DNA of 49,068 nucleotides from an uncultured Moraxella sp. (GCA_937975585.1 CALJUC010000037.1:1-49068), one strand, 5' to 3'; positions 1 to 11,407 are shown, counted from the first letter of the stretch. Made by a program: numbers and translations. The notes: generated by a model from the letters alone, not told the origin.

Positions 1-39
1 CAATAAAGTAAATAACTTACTTTGAGTGGATTTAAAATT

Positions 40-115
40 TGGTGGAGCTAAGGAGAGTCGAACTCCTGACCCCTACAATGCCATTGTAGTGCTCTACCAA
101 CTGAGCTATAGCCCC
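40..115 (-). tRNA. tRNA-Ala (GGC)
   Basis: Reverse complement is GGGGCTATAGCTCAGTTGGTAGAGCACTACAATGGCATTGTAGGGGTCAGGAGTTCGACTCTCCTTAGCTCCACCA: 76 nt, cloverleaf, G3:U70 Ala identity pair, GGC anticodon, encoded CCA. Confidence 0.97.
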
Positions 116-167
116 AATGTTTGCATGTTAAGCAAAAATTTTAAACCCTTTGCCTAAGAGTGGGCGT

Positions 168-196
168 ATTTTATTGAAAACTAAAAACCGTGTCAA
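168..196 (-). promoter_or_regulatory. Sigma70 promoter of the tRNA gene
   Basis: Minus strand reads TTGACA-17 bp-TAAAAT followed by a GC-rich discriminator (ACGCCCAC), typical of stable-RNA promoters. Confidence 0.85.
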
Positions 197-411
197 TAGC
201 CAAACTGCGAAAAAACCATTTTTTTTAAACTTTTTACGCTATAATAGCGGGCGGCTGATTCTTCTCGTTAGCGCATCGAATTTTGTAGACAGTTAGTCAA
301 AAACTGCCTATCCTCATACCCGCTACCGCAAACCCTTTGGCGTTGCCATTCTTCGCCACCGTACACCTTGTATTATCGCCTACTCATTATTCATATTAAA
401 GGATATCGTTC

Positions 412-1038
412 ATGCCGCTTATTGATTTTATTTTGCACATTGGCGACCACTTGCAGCAGTTGGTCAATGACTATGGCTCATGGATTTATGCGATTTTATT
501 TGTCATTGTGTTTTGTGAAACAGGACTTGTGGTATTGCCGTTTTTACCAGGTGATTCGATGCTGTTTGCAGCCGGTACCATTGCGGCAGTAGGCGATATG
601 AATATCTTTATGTTAATCGGGCTGCTCATTATCGCGGCGATTTTGGGCGATTTTGTGAACTTCGAGATTGGCAAACATTTTGGTCAAAAGCTATTTGCCA
701 ACCCTAACTCGAAGATTTTTAAGCAAAGTTACTTAGAAAAGACCCACAATTACTACGAAAAATACGGCGGACGTACCATTATTATCGCGCGTTTTATCCC
801 GATTGTGCGTACCTTTGCGCCATTTGTCGCGGGTATGGGTCGTATGCATTATGGTGAGTTTATCCGTTATAACATCATCGGCGCGGTGGCTTGGGTGGTG
901 ATTTTTACCTTACTGGGCTATTTCTTTGGTCAGTTGCCATTTGTCAAAGAGCATTTTTCTTGGATTATGATTGGCATTATTGTTTTTTCTGTGTTGCCAA
1001 TGATTATCGAAATTATTCGCCATCGCATGGCCAAATAG
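412..1038 (+). CDS. dedA: DedA family membrane protein
   Basis: Motifs [19 protein letters not shown] and [16 protein letters not shown]; AAGGA RBS. Confidence 0.93.
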   Translation: MPLIDFILHIGDHLQQLVNDYGSWIYAILFVIVFCETGLVVLPFLPGDSMLFAAGTIAAVGDMNIFMLIGLLIIAAILGDFVNFEIGKHFGQKLFANPNSKIFKQSYLEKTHNYYEKYGGRTIIIARFIPIVRTFAPFVAGMGRMHYGEFIRYNIIGAVAWVVIFTLLGYFFGQLPFVKEHFSWIMIGIIVFSVLPMIIEIIRHRMAK

Positions 1039-1142
1039 CTAAACGCAATAAATGTGACGTGTCACTTTATCGCTTTATTTTCTAAATGTTGTGCTATCCG
1101 CTATAATTTATGACCGATAATACCCTTATTTAACCCATTGAG

Positions 1143-2651
1143 ATGATTATGACCCAAAAAGTCCGCACCCGAATCGCGCCATCACCGACTGGTTTTCCCC
1201 ATGTTGGTACGGCTTATATCGCCTTGTTTAATATGGCATTTGCCAAAGCCCATGGCGGTGAATTTATCTTACGTATTGAAGACACGGATCAAACACGTTC
1301 AACCGCGCAGTCTGAACAGATGATTTTGGATGCCCTGCGTTGGGTCGGTCTAAACTGGGTTGAAGGCCCGGATGTGGGTGGCCCACACGCACCTTATCGC
1401 CAAAGCGAGCGTAAAGATATCTATAAAGACTACGCGTATGAGCTACTCGATAAGGGTCATGCGTTCCGTTGTTTTGCCACCGCAGACGAGTTAGACCAAA
1501 TGCGCGCTGAGCAAATGGCTCGCGGTGAAACCCCACGTTATGATGGCCGTTATGCCAATCTAAGCCGTGAAGAATCAGACAAATTGGCAAGCGAGGGCAA
1601 GCCATTCGTGATTCGTATGCGTGTGCCAGCAGAAGGCGTGTGCGTATTTGATGATATGCTGCGTGGTCGTGTCGAGATTCCTTGGGCGCAAGTTGATATG
1701 CAAGTGTTGCTAAAAACCGATGGCTTACCAACTTATCACTTGGCGAACGTGGTCGATGACCATTTGATGCAAATCACCCATGTGATTCGTGGTGAAGAAT
1801 GGATTAACTCAGCGCCTAAGCATCAGCTATTGTACAAATACTTTGGTTGGGAAATGCCTGTATTGTGTCACATGCCACTACTGCGTAATCCAGACAAATC
1901 AAAACTGTCAAAACGTAAAAACCCAACCTCAATCACCTATTATCGTGATGCGGGCGTGTTGCCAGAGGCCTTGCTTAACTACTTAGGTCGTATGGGTTAT
2001 TCATTGCCAAATGAAGCCGAGAAATTCACCCTAGATGAGATGATTGCAACCTTTGATATCAAACGCGTATCATTGGGCGGGCCAATCTTTGACGTGGAAA
2101 AACTGACTTGGTTAAACGGCGAGTGGTTACGTTCACTAAGCCCAGAAGTGCTAAAAACCAAGATCTTGGATTGGGCCAATGACAGCGATAAATTGACCGC
2201 GATTGCCAAAGCGATTCAACCGCGTATTAATTTATTATCAGATGCGGTGAATTGGGCAGGCTTTTATTTCCAAAACTTGCCAACCATCACGGAAGCGGAT
2301 TTTGAGCATAAAGTCTTATCAACTGAGCAGACCGTTGAGATTTTGCAATTTGCCCAATGGCAGCTTGAAACCATGCCAGTTTGGACGGAAGAAAATATCC
2401 AAGCTGTCCTATCAGGCCTAGCCGGTGAGCTTGGCGTGAAGCTACGTGACTTTATGTCGCCATTCTTTATTGCGATTGCGGGTTCAAAATCATCGACACC
2501 AGTGATGAACTCGATGTACTTAATCGGTGCGGACATGACTTTACAACGCCTACGCCATGCGATTGAGGTATTGGGCGGTGTCAGTAAAAAGAAAATGAAA
2601 GAGTTAGAAAAACGTAATGCGAGCTTTGGTGGCTTTCTAAATCAGGCTTAA
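1143..2651 (+). CDS. gltX: Glutamate--tRNA ligase
   Basis: [15 protein letters not shown] (HIGH motif), LRIEDTD and KLSKR (KMSKS motif). The start may instead be ATG 1149. Confidence 0.97.
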   Translation: MIMTQKVRTRIAPSPTGFPHVGTAYIALFNMAFAKAHGGEFILRIEDTDQTRSTAQSEQMILDALRWVGLNWVEGPDVGGPHAPYRQSERKDIYKDYAYELLDKGHAFRCFATADELDQMRAEQMARGETPRYDGRYANLSREESDKLASEGKPFVIRMRVPAEGVCVFDDMLRGRVEIPWAQVDMQVLLKTDGLPTYHLANVVDDHLMQITHVIRGEEWINSAPKHQLLYKYFGWEMPVLCHMPLLRNPDKSKLSKRKNPTSITYYRDAGVLPEALLNYLGRMGYSLPNEAEKFTLDEMIATFDIKRVSLGGPIFDVEKLTWLNGEWLRSLSPEVLKTKILDWANDSDKLTAIAKAIQPRINLLSDAVNWAGFYFQNLPTITEADFEHKVLSTEQTVEILQFAQWQLETMPVWTEENIQAVLSGLAGELGVKLRDFMSPFFIAIAGSKSSTPVMNSMYLIGADMTLQRLRHAIEVLGGVSKKKMKELEKRNASFGGFLNQA

Positions 2652-2693
2652 CAGCTAAAATTAGCTAAGTTTTTAGCTATTAATGTCATATTT

Positions 2694-2733
2694 AAACCCC
2701 TTATGTACACTCATTGTCATAAGGGGTTTTATT
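2694..2733 (+). terminator. Intrinsic terminator after gltX
   Basis: AAACCCCTTATG...CATAAGGGGTTT inverted repeat followed by a T-rich tail. Confidence 0.75.
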
Positions 2734-2848
2734 TAGTGTAATTTTATAATTAAAAAAATAAATTAATTTATATTAACCAATATGCTATTGTTTTATTGGT
2801 GACAGACCTTATATGATAGCTAATCAATAACGTATCACTTATTAGCGC

Positions 2849-3168
2849 CTTGATGTGCATATGCCAGCCGGTAGTAGCTTTAGCCAAGCGATTGACCCAA
2901 GTCCAACGCATTTTTATTCGTATATCGTGGGACTATCAGTATTGTGGGTAAACCAGTGCCGCTAAACAACATGGCGATTTTGGCCAATGATGCCAATACC
3001 GATGGTGTGACCCTCGAAGCAAGCGAAGACAGCAAGGTGTGGATTATTGCAGGTCATCCATTGAATGAGCCAATCGTCCAGTATGGCCCATTTGCGATGA
3101 ATACCGAACAAGAGATTTACCAAGCGGTACGTGATTTCCAAGCCGGTAAATTTGGCGAAGGCGTATAG
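2849..3168 (+). pseudogene. Pirin family pseudogene (C-terminal remnant, frameshifted)
   Basis: C-terminal pirin motif PLNEPIVQYGPFAMNT...DFQAGKF. Upstream LDVHMPAGSSFSQAIDPS is in another frame and joins NAFLFVYRGTISIV through a frameshift near 2903-2904. The N-terminal cupin domain is absent. Confidence 0.85.
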
Positions 3169-3184
3169 GCCTTTTTGATGAACC

Positions 3185-3223
3185 AAAAACGGGATAGGGT
3201 CTGTTCACCCCATCCCGTTTTTT
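3185..3223 (+). terminator. Intrinsic terminator after the pirin remnant
   Basis: AAAAACGGGATAGGGT...ACCCCATCCCGTTTTTT. Confidence 0.8.
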
Positions 3224-3423
3224 AGCATTTCAGCGGCGCTGTCTTTTGCAAACAGGGCACAAAATTTTTTACTGAAGTCAATTGGCTAAAATGCTATGAT
3301 AGCTTAACTTTATGCCAGTCGTTTAAATGCGCTATGTTGTGATTTTTATGCAATTGGCTGAACAACTTTCTTATGATGAATTTTTAACTTTTAACTGATT
3401 AGATGATATAAGGCAGCACCCTC

Positions 3424-3939
3424 ATGGTAAATGTACAAGCCGAATTGGCACAAGTCGAGCATATCAATGGCGAATTGCATACCAATGCCAATGCGCGTAT
3501 TGGTATGGTCGTTGGTCGTTTTAATAGCTTTGTGGTAGAAAGCTTGGTTGATGGTGCGATTGATACCTTATTGCGCCATGGTGTTGCTGGTCGCAATATC
3601 ACCGTTGTGCGTGTACCGGGTGCATGGGAAATGCCATTGGCGGTTGCGCGTATGGCACAAACCAACAAATTTGATGCGATTATCGGCCTAGGTGCGGTGA
3701 TTCGTGGTAGCACCCCACACTTTGATTTTGTTGCTGGTGAATCAGCCAAAGGTTTAGGTGCGATTGGTTTGGATTATGATATTCCGGTCATTAACGCGAT
3801 TTTGACCACTGACAGCATCGAGCAAGCCATCGAGCGCTCAGGTACCAAAGCCGGCAACAAAGGCTCAGAAGCCGCGATGGTTGCCCTTGAGATGATCAAT
3901 GTATTGGGTCAAATTGACGCACAAGCCGACGAAGAATAA
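3424..3939 (+). CDS. ribH: 6,7-dimethyl-8-ribityllumazine synthase
   Basis: [37 protein letters not shown]; sits before nusB. Confidence 0.97.
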   Translation: MVNVQAELAQVEHINGELHTNANARIGMVVGRFNSFVVESLVDGAIDTLLRHGVAGRNITVVRVPGAWEMPLAVARMAQTNKFDAIIGLGAVIRGSTPHFDFVAGESAKGLGAIGLDYDIPVINAILTTDSIEQAIERSGTKAGNKGSEAAMVALEMINVLGQIDAQADEE

Positions 3940-3948
3940 GGTCGAACC

Positions 3949-4506
3949 ATGACAGATAGCAGTAATAACAGTAACGCCACCGCAGACAATGCCATTAACT
4001 ATAAAACCAGCCTAACCGCGATTCGTAAAGCACGTCGTTTTGCGGTACAGGGTTTGTATGAGTGGCTATTGACGGGTAATCCATCGCATGAGATTGAAGC
4101 GCATACTCGTGCCGAAAATGCCATGCATACCGTACATTTGGGCTATTACCATGAGTTGATTAGCCAAATCATCGCCCAAAGTGACGAATTGGTTGAGTAT
4201 ATCAGTAGCATTCTTGACCGTGAATGGACACGTTTAGACCGCGTTGAACAAGCCGTATTGTTAGTCGGTACTTATGAGATGAAACACTCACTACAAGTTC
4301 CGTATAAAGTGGTGCTTGATGAGGCATTGCAGCTAAATACCCATTTTGGCTCATCAGATGGTCATAAGCTCATTCATGTGGTCATGGATAAAGTCGCTAA
4401 AGATGTGCGTCAGCCAGAAGTTGAAGCAGACGCGAGAAAAGCGGCCAATCAAGCCCAGAGCGAAGCCACAGCTGAGCCATCAAATTTAGACCCATCACAA
4501 GACTAA
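3949..4506 (+). CDS. nusB: Transcription antitermination factor NusB
   Basis: [24 protein letters not shown]; ribH-nusB-thiL-pgpA synteny. Confidence 0.95.
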   Translation: MTDSSNNSNATADNAINYKTSLTAIRKARRFAVQGLYEWLLTGNPSHEIEAHTRAENAMHTVHLGYYHELISQIIAQSDELVEYISSILDREWTRLDRVEQAVLLVGTYEMKHSLQVPYKVVLDEALQLNTHFGSSDGHKLIHVVMDKVAKDVRQPEVEADARKAANQAQSEATAEPSNLDPSQD

Positions 4507-4513
4507 CGCTGTA

Positions 4514-4550
4514 AACAAAGCCATGATAAAAAATATGTCATGGCTTTGTT
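4514..4550 (+). terminator. Hairpin/terminator between nusB and thiL
   Basis: AACAAAGCCATGA...TCATGGCTTTGTT perfect inverted repeat. Confidence 0.6.
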
Positions 4551-4601
4551 GTATCTACGCTATGATTTACGCTTTGCTGTTTTCTGAAAGATTTTTTTGC
4601 T

Positions 4602-5537
4602 ATGTCTGAATTTTCCCTCATCTATCAACATTTCAAACATGCCACTACCAAAAATGCGCTAACCCAGGTCGGAATTGGCGATGATTGCGCGGTAAGTGAT
4701 ATCCCGGCTAACTCGCAATTGGTGAGTTGTGTCGACGTGTTGGTGGCTGGTCGACATTTTCCATTAACCACAAGCCCTTATGCGATTGGTTATAAAGCCG
4801 TGGCGGTAAACTTATCGGATTTGGCGGCAATGGGCGCGACACCCTATGCAGTGTTGCTTGGATTAAGCCTACCCAAAACATTAGCCAATGATGCGTGGTT
4901 AAGCGAGGTTAGTCGCGGGTTAGCGGACAGCTGTGCCCCGTTTGGGGTTGAGTTAATTGGTGGCGATACCACACAATCAGACACGTTAACCGTATCTATT
5001 ACCGCATTGGGTTTTGTGCCGCAAGGTGAGGCGATATCGCGTAGTGGGGCACAGGTCGGTGATGTGGTTTGTGTGAGTGGCGAGATTGGTTCAGCAAGTT
5101 TTGCCTTGCAACACATACTAAATGGTCAAGCAACTGAGCTACAGCCGGCACTAGATTTACCGAAACCACAAGTGACATTGGGACAACGATTACGTGGCTT
5201 TGCACATAGTATGATTGATATTTCTGATGGATTAGGGCAAGATTTGGGGCATATCTTAAAGGCAAGTCATGTCGGCGCGAAGGTATATTTGGATGCCATT
5301 CCAGCAGCTGACGCTTTACAAGCGTTACCAAATATTGAAAAATGGCAGCATCAGCTAAATGGTGGCGATGATTATCAGCTTTGCTTTACCATGAGTCAGG
5401 TAAATTTTGCCAAATTCCAGCAGATTTATCCTGAGCAAGTGTTTTGTATCGGTGAAATTACTGCTGAAAATAGCCTACATTTGTTTTATAATAATACTAA
5501 AGTAAACGTCGAAATTAGCGGTTATCAGCATTTCTAA
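4602..5537 (+). CDS. thiL: Thiamine-monophosphate kinase
   Basis: GIGDDCAV, NLSDLAAMGA, GGDT, DISDGL, GGDDYQLCFT. Confidence 0.96.
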   Translation: MSEFSLIYQHFKHATTKNALTQVGIGDDCAVSDIPANSQLVSCVDVLVAGRHFPLTTSPYAIGYKAVAVNLSDLAAMGATPYAVLLGLSLPKTLANDAWLSEVSRGLADSCAPFGVELIGGDTTQSDTLTVSITALGFVPQGEAISRSGAQVGDVVCVSGEIGSASFALQHILNGQATELQPALDLPKPQVTLGQRLRGFAHSMIDISDGLGQDLGHILKASHVGAKVYLDAIPAADALQALPNIEKWQHQLNGGDDYQLCFTMSQVNFAKFQQIYPEQVFCIGEITAENSLHLFYNNTKVNVEISGYQHF

Positions 5538-5566
5538 CGTGATATCTTCAGGATTGATTAATTATC

Positions 5567-6154
5567 ATGCACGACCAAGAACCGCTACACAAACCCGATA
5601 TCCGTAAGGCCAATGTCTTACCACCGTTACCCGTGGGTAGTTCACCATGGGATACCCTAATTTACTGGTTGGGGATTGGGTTAGGCTCCGGTATGCCCAA
5701 GCGCGCGCCTGGGACTTGGGGTACAGCTGGCGGGTTAGTGGTTGCGATTCCGATGATTTGGCTTGGGTTTTGGGGTTTTTTAGCGGTGACCCTTATTGCT
5801 TGCGCTATCGGTGCTTATATTTGTGGCCGTACCAGCGAGTTGATGGGTGTGCATGATGATCCGCATATTGTGTTTGATGAATGGGCTGGTCTGTGGGTGA
5901 GTTTACTACCGATTTGGTGGTTGTTTCATGAGCATCCGTTATTTATGAACCAACCGCTGAGTTTGGTAATATTGTTAGGTGCGGCGTTTGTTGCATTTCG
6001 CTTTTTTGATATTATTAAGCCCTTTCCCATTAAGTGGGTAGATAAAAACCTGTCTGGCGGCTTTGGTATTCTCATTGATGACATTCTTGCCGGGGTCATG
6101 GCGGCTATTTGTATATGGCTAATGATTCATTATTTCGCCAATTTATTGCCTTAG
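5567..6154 (+). CDS. pgpA: Phosphatidylglycerophosphatase A
   Basis: APGTWGT, HDDPHIVFDE, FRFFDIIKPFPI, GGFGILIDD. Confidence 0.95.
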   Translation: MHDQEPLHKPDIRKANVLPPLPVGSSPWDTLIYWLGIGLGSGMPKRAPGTWGTAGGLVVAIPMIWLGFWGFLAVTLIACAIGAYICGRTSELMGVHDDPHIVFDEWAGLWVSLLPIWWLFHEHPLFMNQPLSLVILLGAAFVAFRFFDIIKPFPIKWVDKNLSGGFGILIDDILAGVMAAICIWLMIHYFANLLP

Positions 6155-6217
6155 TGTTGATGCTGTCCCCAATAATTTTTTAATAAAAACGCCTGAAATG
6201 ATAAATAGGAAAACAGT

Positions 6218-7579
6218 ATGACCCAATTAACCACGCTGATTTTGGCCGCCGGTAAAGGCACTCGTATGAAATCAACCAAGCCAAAGGTACTCCAAACCTT
6301 GGCGGGTAAGCCGTTACTACAGCATGTATTAAACACCGCTAATCAACTCAGCAGTGAAAAAAACATCGTGGTATATGGCTTTGGTGGTGATCAGGTCAAA
6401 ACGGCCTTTACGGGTGTGGAGATTCGTTGGGTCGAGCAAGCCGAGCAATTGGGCACCGGTCATGCGGTCAAAGTGGCATTATCTGAGTTACCGCACGATG
6501 GCAAAAGCTTAATTCTATACGGTGATGTGCCACTCATCCAACAAAGCACGCTAGAAAAGCTTATCGCGGCAAACACCTCAGGTATGGCAATGCTCACCTT
6601 GACCGTGGATAACCCATTTGGCTTAGGACGTATCGTGCGTGACGGTAACGGCAAAGTTTTGGCCATCGTTGAACAAAAAGACGCTACCGACGAGCAAAAA
6701 GCCATCTGTGAAATTAATAGTGGTATTTATGCAGTGGACAATGCGTTACTGCATAAATACTTACCAAAACTTGAAAATAACAACGCCCAAGGCGAATACT
6801 ACTTAACCGATATCGTTAAAATGGCAGTGGCCGATGGTATTGATATTGCCACCATTCAGCCAGATTTTGACTTTGAAATTGAAGGCGTAAATGACCGTGG
6901 CCAACTCGCCAATCTAGAACGTATCTACCAAAGCCATTTGGTCGAAAATTTACAAGTGCATGGTGTTCAGTTTGCTGACCCAAGCCGTGTCGATATTCGT
7001 GGTACTTTGACCTGTGGTCAAGATGTATTTATTGATGTGAATGTGGTATTTGAAGGTGCTGTCACTTTAGGCGATAGCGTATATATCGAAGCCGGTTGTG
7101 TGATTCGTGACAGTCAGATTGGTAATGCGTCGCATATCAAACCCTATTGTGTGATTGACCAAAGCCAAATCGGTGCGGGCGTGGATATTGGGCCGTTTGC
7201 CCATTTGCGTCCAGCAACCGTGTTGAGCGATAATGCCAAAGTCGGTAACTTTGTTGAAACCAAAAAATCAACGATAGGTAAAGGCAGTAAAGTCAATCAC
7301 CTAACCTATATTGGTGATGCACAAATTGGTGACAATGTGAATGTCGGTGCGGGTACGATTACTTGTAACTATGACGGGGTCAATAAGTTTAAAACCGTCA
7401 TTGAAGATAATGCCTTTATCGGTAGCAACTCAAGCTTGGTTGCGCCAGTGACGATTGGCAAAGGTGCGACCATTGGCGCAGGCTCAGTGATTACCAAAGC
7501 CGCCCCTGAAGAAAAACTTACCGTGACGCGCGCCAAGCAGACCACCATAGACAGTTGGCAACGTCCCGTTAAAAAATAA
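6218..7579 (+). CDS. glmU: Bifunctional UDP-GlcNAc pyrophosphorylase/glucosamine-1-P N-acetyltransferase
   Basis: [18 protein letters not shown], hexapeptide repeats, TCNYDG. Confidence 0.97.
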   Translation: MTQLTTLILAAGKGTRMKSTKPKVLQTLAGKPLLQHVLNTANQLSSEKNIVVYGFGGDQVKTAFTGVEIRWVEQAEQLGTGHAVKVALSELPHDGKSLILYGDVPLIQQSTLEKLIAANTSGMAMLTLTVDNPFGLGRIVRDGNGKVLAIVEQKDATDEQKAICEINSGIYAVDNALLHKYLPKLENNNAQGEYYLTDIVKMAVADGIDIATIQPDFDFEIEGVNDRGQLANLERIYQSHLVENLQVHGVQFADPSRVDIRGTLTCGQDVFIDVNVVFEGAVTLGDSVYIEAGCVIRDSQIGNASHIKPYCVIDQSQIGAGVDIGPFAHLRPATVLSDNAKVGNFVETKKSTIGKGSKVNHLTYIGDAQIGDNVNVGAGTITCNYDGVNKFKTVIEDNAFIGSNSSLVAPVTIGKGATIGAGSVITKAAPEEKLTVTRAKQTTIDSWQRPVKK

Positions 7580-7637
7580 AACCTTAACGTTTTTTAAACA
7601 TATGTTGTGATTTTTGTTGATAACGCGTTAAAATAGC

Positions 7638-7672
7638 AAAGTCCATCTAACGATTTGGGATGGGCTTTTTTA
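7638..7672 (+). terminator. Terminator-like hairpin between glmU and glmS
   Basis: AAAGTCCATC...GATGGGCTTT followed by a T run. Confidence 0.6.
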
Positions 7673-7726
7673 TAGGATTTATCGAATGGTTCGGTAAGTC
7701 AAAATTTTGATACTAAGGAACATATT

Positions 7727-9565
7727 ATGTGCGGTATCGTCGGAGCAATTCGCAGCAACGCTAATGTTGTTGATTTTTTAACAGATGGCCTAAAACGCCT
7801 AGAATATCGCGGCTATGACTCATCGGGCATCGCGGTGCAAACCGATAATGGGCTAAAGCGCGTGCGTCGTGTCGGCCGTGTTGCGTTAATGGAAGAAGCC
7901 GCCAAAGAACGTGGCTTAACCGGTAGTACCGGTATTGGTCATACGCGCTGGGCAACCCATGGTGGGGTCACTGAGCCCAATGCCCATCCGCATATTTCAG
8001 CAAATTTGATTTCCGTGGTGCATAACGGCATTATCGAAAACTTTGAGTCAGAGCGTAGTCGCTTACAAGCGGCGGGCTATGTGTTTGAGTCGCAAACCGA
8101 CACTGAGGTCATTGCCCATAGTGTGCATCAGCAGTATGTGGCGAATGGTGGTGATTTGTTTAACGCGGTACAATCTGCATGTCAGCAATTCCACGGTGCA
8201 TTTGCGATTGGCGTTATCGCTGAAGACCAACCAAACACCATGGTGGTTGCCCGTATGGGTTGTCCATTGTTGATTGGTTTAGGGGAAGAGGAAACCTTTA
8301 TTGCTTCCGACGTATCAGCCGTGGTTGCGTTTACGCGCCAAATCATGTACCTAGAAGATGGTGATATTGCGCTATTAACTGCCAATGGCATTGAAAAAAT
8401 CTTGGACAAAAATGGCCAAACACCCAATCGCGCCATCAAAACCTCAAATGTGTCATTAGCCTCACTAGAACTTGGGCCTTATACCCATTTTATGCAAAAA
8501 GAAATCCACGAGCAGCCAGTGGCGATTGCCGATACGGCTGAGATTTTCTTAGACGGTGGTTTTGAGCCAGCCAACTTTGGTGAAAAAGCCAAAGACGTGT
8601 TTAGCCAAATTAATAGTGTCAAAATATTGGCGTGTGGTACGTCGTATTATTCAGGTTTAACGGGCAAATATTGGATTGAAAGTATCGCAAAAATCCGTTG
8701 TGATGTGGAGATTGCCAGTGAATACCGCTATCGCGATGTGATTGCTGACCCGAATGAGTTAATCATTACCATTTCGCAGTCTGGTGAAACCTTAGACACC
8801 ATGGAAGCGCTAAAATACGCCAAATCGTTAGGACACAAGCATAGCTTATCGATTTGTAATGTGATGGAGTCTGCCTTACCGCGCGAAAGTGAGTTGGTAT
8901 TGTATACCCGTGCGGGTGCTGAAATTGGTGTGGCCTCGACCAAAGCCTTTACCACGCAGTTGGTGGCGTTATTTGGCTTTGCGGTGACATTGGGTAAACT
9001 TCGTGGTGTGGTCAGTGATGCACAAGCACAGGAATACATCCAAGAGCTTCGCCAGTTACCTAATAGTATCCAACACGCGCTCAATTTAGAGCCGCAAATT
9101 GCAAGTTGGGCCAATCAGTTTGCCAATAAACCAAGTAGCTTGTTCTTGGGTCGTGGTATCCATTACCCAATCGCGTTAGAAGGCGCGTTAAAGCTTAAAG
9201 AAATCACTTATATTCATGCAGAAGCTTACCCAGCAGGTGAGCTAAAACACGGCCCATTGGCCTTGGTGGATGAGAATATGCCGGTGGTGGTGATTGCGCC
9301 AAATGATAGCTTGCTCGATAAAGTTAAAGCCAATATGCAGGAAGTTGGCGCGCGTGGCGGTGAATTATTTGTATTCACGGACTTAGATAGCGAATTTGTG
9401 GCTGATGACCAAATACACGTGATTCGTACCCCGCGCCACGTCGGTATTTTATCACCGATTGTGCATACGGTTCCGGTGCAATTGTTGTCTTATCATGTGG
9501 CGTTGGCAAAAGGTACAGACGTTGATAAGCCACGTAACTTAGCCAAATCGGTCACCGTCGAATAA
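7727..9565 (+). CDS. glmS: Glutamine--fructose-6-phosphate transaminase (isomerizing)
   Basis: [34 protein letters not shown]. Confidence 0.98.
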   Translation: MCGIVGAIRSNANVVDFLTDGLKRLEYRGYDSSGIAVQTDNGLKRVRRVGRVALMEEAAKERGLTGSTGIGHTRWATHGGVTEPNAHPHISANLISVVHNGIIENFESERSRLQAAGYVFESQTDTEVIAHSVHQQYVANGGDLFNAVQSACQQFHGAFAIGVIAEDQPNTMVVARMGCPLLIGLGEEETFIASDVSAVVAFTRQIMYLEDGDIALLTANGIEKILDKNGQTPNRAIKTSNVSLASLELGPYTHFMQKEIHEQPVAIADTAEIFLDGGFEPANFGEKAKDVFSQINSVKILACGTSYYSGLTGKYWIESIAKIRCDVEIASEYRYRDVIADPNELIITISQSGETLDTMEALKYAKSLGHKHSLSICNVMESALPRESELVLYTRAGAEIGVASTKAFTTQLVALFGFAVTLGKLRGVVSDAQAQEYIQELRQLPNSIQHALNLEPQIASWANQFANKPSSLFLGRGIHYPIALEGALKLKEITYIHAEAYPAGELKHGPLALVDENMPVVVIAPNDSLLDKVKANMQEVGARGGELFVFTDLDSEFVADDQIHVIRTPRHVGILSPIVHTVPVQLLSYHVALAKGTDVDKPRNLAKSVTVE

Positions 9566-9632
9566 TGTTTGTCGGGATTAAAGTAGATTTGTGGTTAAGT
9601 AATTAGGTGTCATACTATTAACGCCTATTTTG

Positions 9633-9673
9633 TCCTTTGTTATTCTGCTTTTGAGGATAACAAAGGATTTTTT
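9633..9673 (+). terminator. Intrinsic terminator after glmS
   Basis: TCCTTTGTTATTCT...AGGATAACAAAGGA plus a T tract. Confidence 0.75.
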
Positions 9674-9758
9674 ATGTCTATTAAAGCGCCACAAACTTAC
9701 CCACCTTTTGTAAACATGCAAGATATTTCATCACTTGGACGCTCACATTGGGTTGTTG

Positions 9759-10289
9759 TTACAGCATCGTATCAAAATGCTCAATAAACTGCTGCAATGC
9801 TTTTCGATAGAACTCGTCGGTGAGTTGACCATTGTCGTCAAGCGCTTTGCTGATTTGCGAAAAATTAATCATGGTCGTTGATACAATCATCTGCTGATAA
9901 TAAGCAATACGTTGCAATTCAGTGGCCGCTAAATTGGCATTACCACGACCGGGCGTGGCACTGGCAATCGCGACTTTTTTGCCCGCCCAAGACTTGGTAT
10001 CAGAAGGACGACTCACCACATCAATAAAGTTTTTCAATCCGGCAGGCAAGCCACGGTTATATTCTGGGGTAAAGAAAATCACGCCATCGGCTTGGTTGAC
10101 TTGTTGACGTACTCGCTCATAACTGGTGATGACCTCACCGTCTTGGTCTTGGTTATACAGCGGCAAGTCACCAATGACTGCTTCTTCAATGTGCCAGTCA
10201 GCGGGTGCCATGGCCTTGGCATTGTCAGCAACTTTACGATTAAATGAGTCTTTACGTAGACTACCGATGACGAATACAATTTTTTTCAT
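9759..10289 (-). CDS. NAD(P)H-dependent FMN reductase (flavodoxin-like, ChrR/YieF type)
   Basis: GSLRKDSFNRK, TPEYNRGLPAGLKNFID. Start placed at ATG 10289 (MKKIVF), preceded by an AGGA RBS. Confidence 0.9.
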   Translation of the reverse strand: MKKIVFVIGSLRKDSFNRKVADNAKAMAPADWHIEEAVIGDLPLYNQDQDGEVITSYERVRQQVNQADGVIFFTPEYNRGLPAGLKNFIDVVSRPSDTKSWAGKKVAIASATPGRGNANLAATELQRIAYYQQMIVSTTMINFSQISKALDDNGQLTDEFYRKALQQFIEHFDTML

Positions 10290-10350
10290 GGTATTTTCCT
10301 TATCATTTTTATGGTTATACACTATTAACTATTCTTTTTATAAAACGGCA

Positions 10351-11088
10351 TTAATGCTGACGCTCGACCGGTTGTTGTAGCGCTTCAGGCAATGGTAACT
10401 CGGTTAAACCCGCCTCACTAATATCGTTAGGACGAGCAACCACCAACGCCTCAAAGCCTTGTGCGGTGGCAATCGCATTCACCACATCAACTTTACCGAG
10501 TTTGCTACCCGCCGCTGGCACCTCACCTGCACCCGCCACACGATGTAACCACGCTTTTGGACTGGCTTTAAAATATAAGCGTGCGATGATTTCCTGTCCA
10601 AGATAACAGCCTTTGTCATAGTCAACACCGCCGCGTTGATGTAAGCGTAACTCTTGGGGTTGGAATAAACCTTGCGTGGCGCTCGTAATCCACACGTTGC
10701 CTTGCTCAATGCTCAAGCGCTGCCACATAGCCAAGTCGGTTGATGCGTTAGCTTCACCAAAGGTCGGCACACCATCAACCATGACGGTTGCTATTGGGGT
10801 AGGCGCGGACAAGGTGATTTTAGAAAAGGCACCGTATTTTTTGATATGTTTGGCCAAGCTGTCTGCCAAGTCTTGACTAGTCACAAGGTCGAATTCTTGC
10901 TCTGCGCGTTTCTTTAACCAAATGCCAAACTCCACACGGCCTTTTAGGTTGCTAATTGCTGTGGCTTGATAGGCATCATCAAGCTTGCTCACATTGCAAG
11001 TAATTTGGCCTTGCAAAAATTTTTCGGCATCTGCACCGCTTAAGGTAAACTGCACAAAGCCATTGTTAGAAGATAATGTGTCGCTCAT
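10351..11088 (-). CDS. ygfZ: Folate-binding protein YgfZ (Fe-S/tRNA modification)
   Basis: FLQGQITC and the signature KGCYLGQE. Confidence 0.93.
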   Translation of the reverse strand: MSDTLSSNNGFVQFTLSGADAEKFLQGQITCNVSKLDDAYQATAISNLKGRVEFGIWLKKRAEQEFDLVTSQDLADSLAKHIKKYGAFSKITLSAPTPIATVMVDGVPTFGEANASTDLAMWQRLSIEQGNVWITSATQGLFQPQELRLHQRGGVDYDKGCYLGQEIIARLYFKASPKAWLHRVAGAGEVPAAGSKLGKVDVVNAIATAQGFEALVVARPNDISEAGLTELPLPEALQQPVERQH

Positions 11089-11407
11089 ATTCTCACCGAT
11101 AGGGATTTATTATAAAAAGTTTTTGAAGATATCAGCTAATGGCTTGGGTAAGGCCGCTGATAAAAACTGATAATAATTGCCCTTAGTGTTACACAAATCA
11201 TCTTAGGCTTCAATGTTGCTTTTGTTGAGATAATCTTATGAATGAAAACTGTTTTTCCACTTGGTTACCCTTGACCGCATCAGTATGGCTAAATGTTTTA
11301 TTTCAATAATAAAATAGCGTACAATAGCTTAAGTTTAGCGCCGGTTTTAACACATTTTTTGTGTATTTTGTGGGCTATTTTTATTGATTAAATAATTTAA
11401 GGGACTT

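Noticed and set aside
1-115. tRNA-Ala as an integration site for an island
   Set aside because: Its 3' end faces out of the window, and no integrase or duplicated tRNA 3' end is seen inside it.
1046-1080. TGTGA-CGTG-TCAC palindrome after dedA as a CRP site
   Set aside because: The spacer is 4 bp rather than 6; it fits better as a weak hairpin or terminator.
7580-7726. glmS ribozyme upstream of glmS
   Set aside because: The conserved ribozyme core is not recognisable and the lineage is atypical; only generic hairpins are present.
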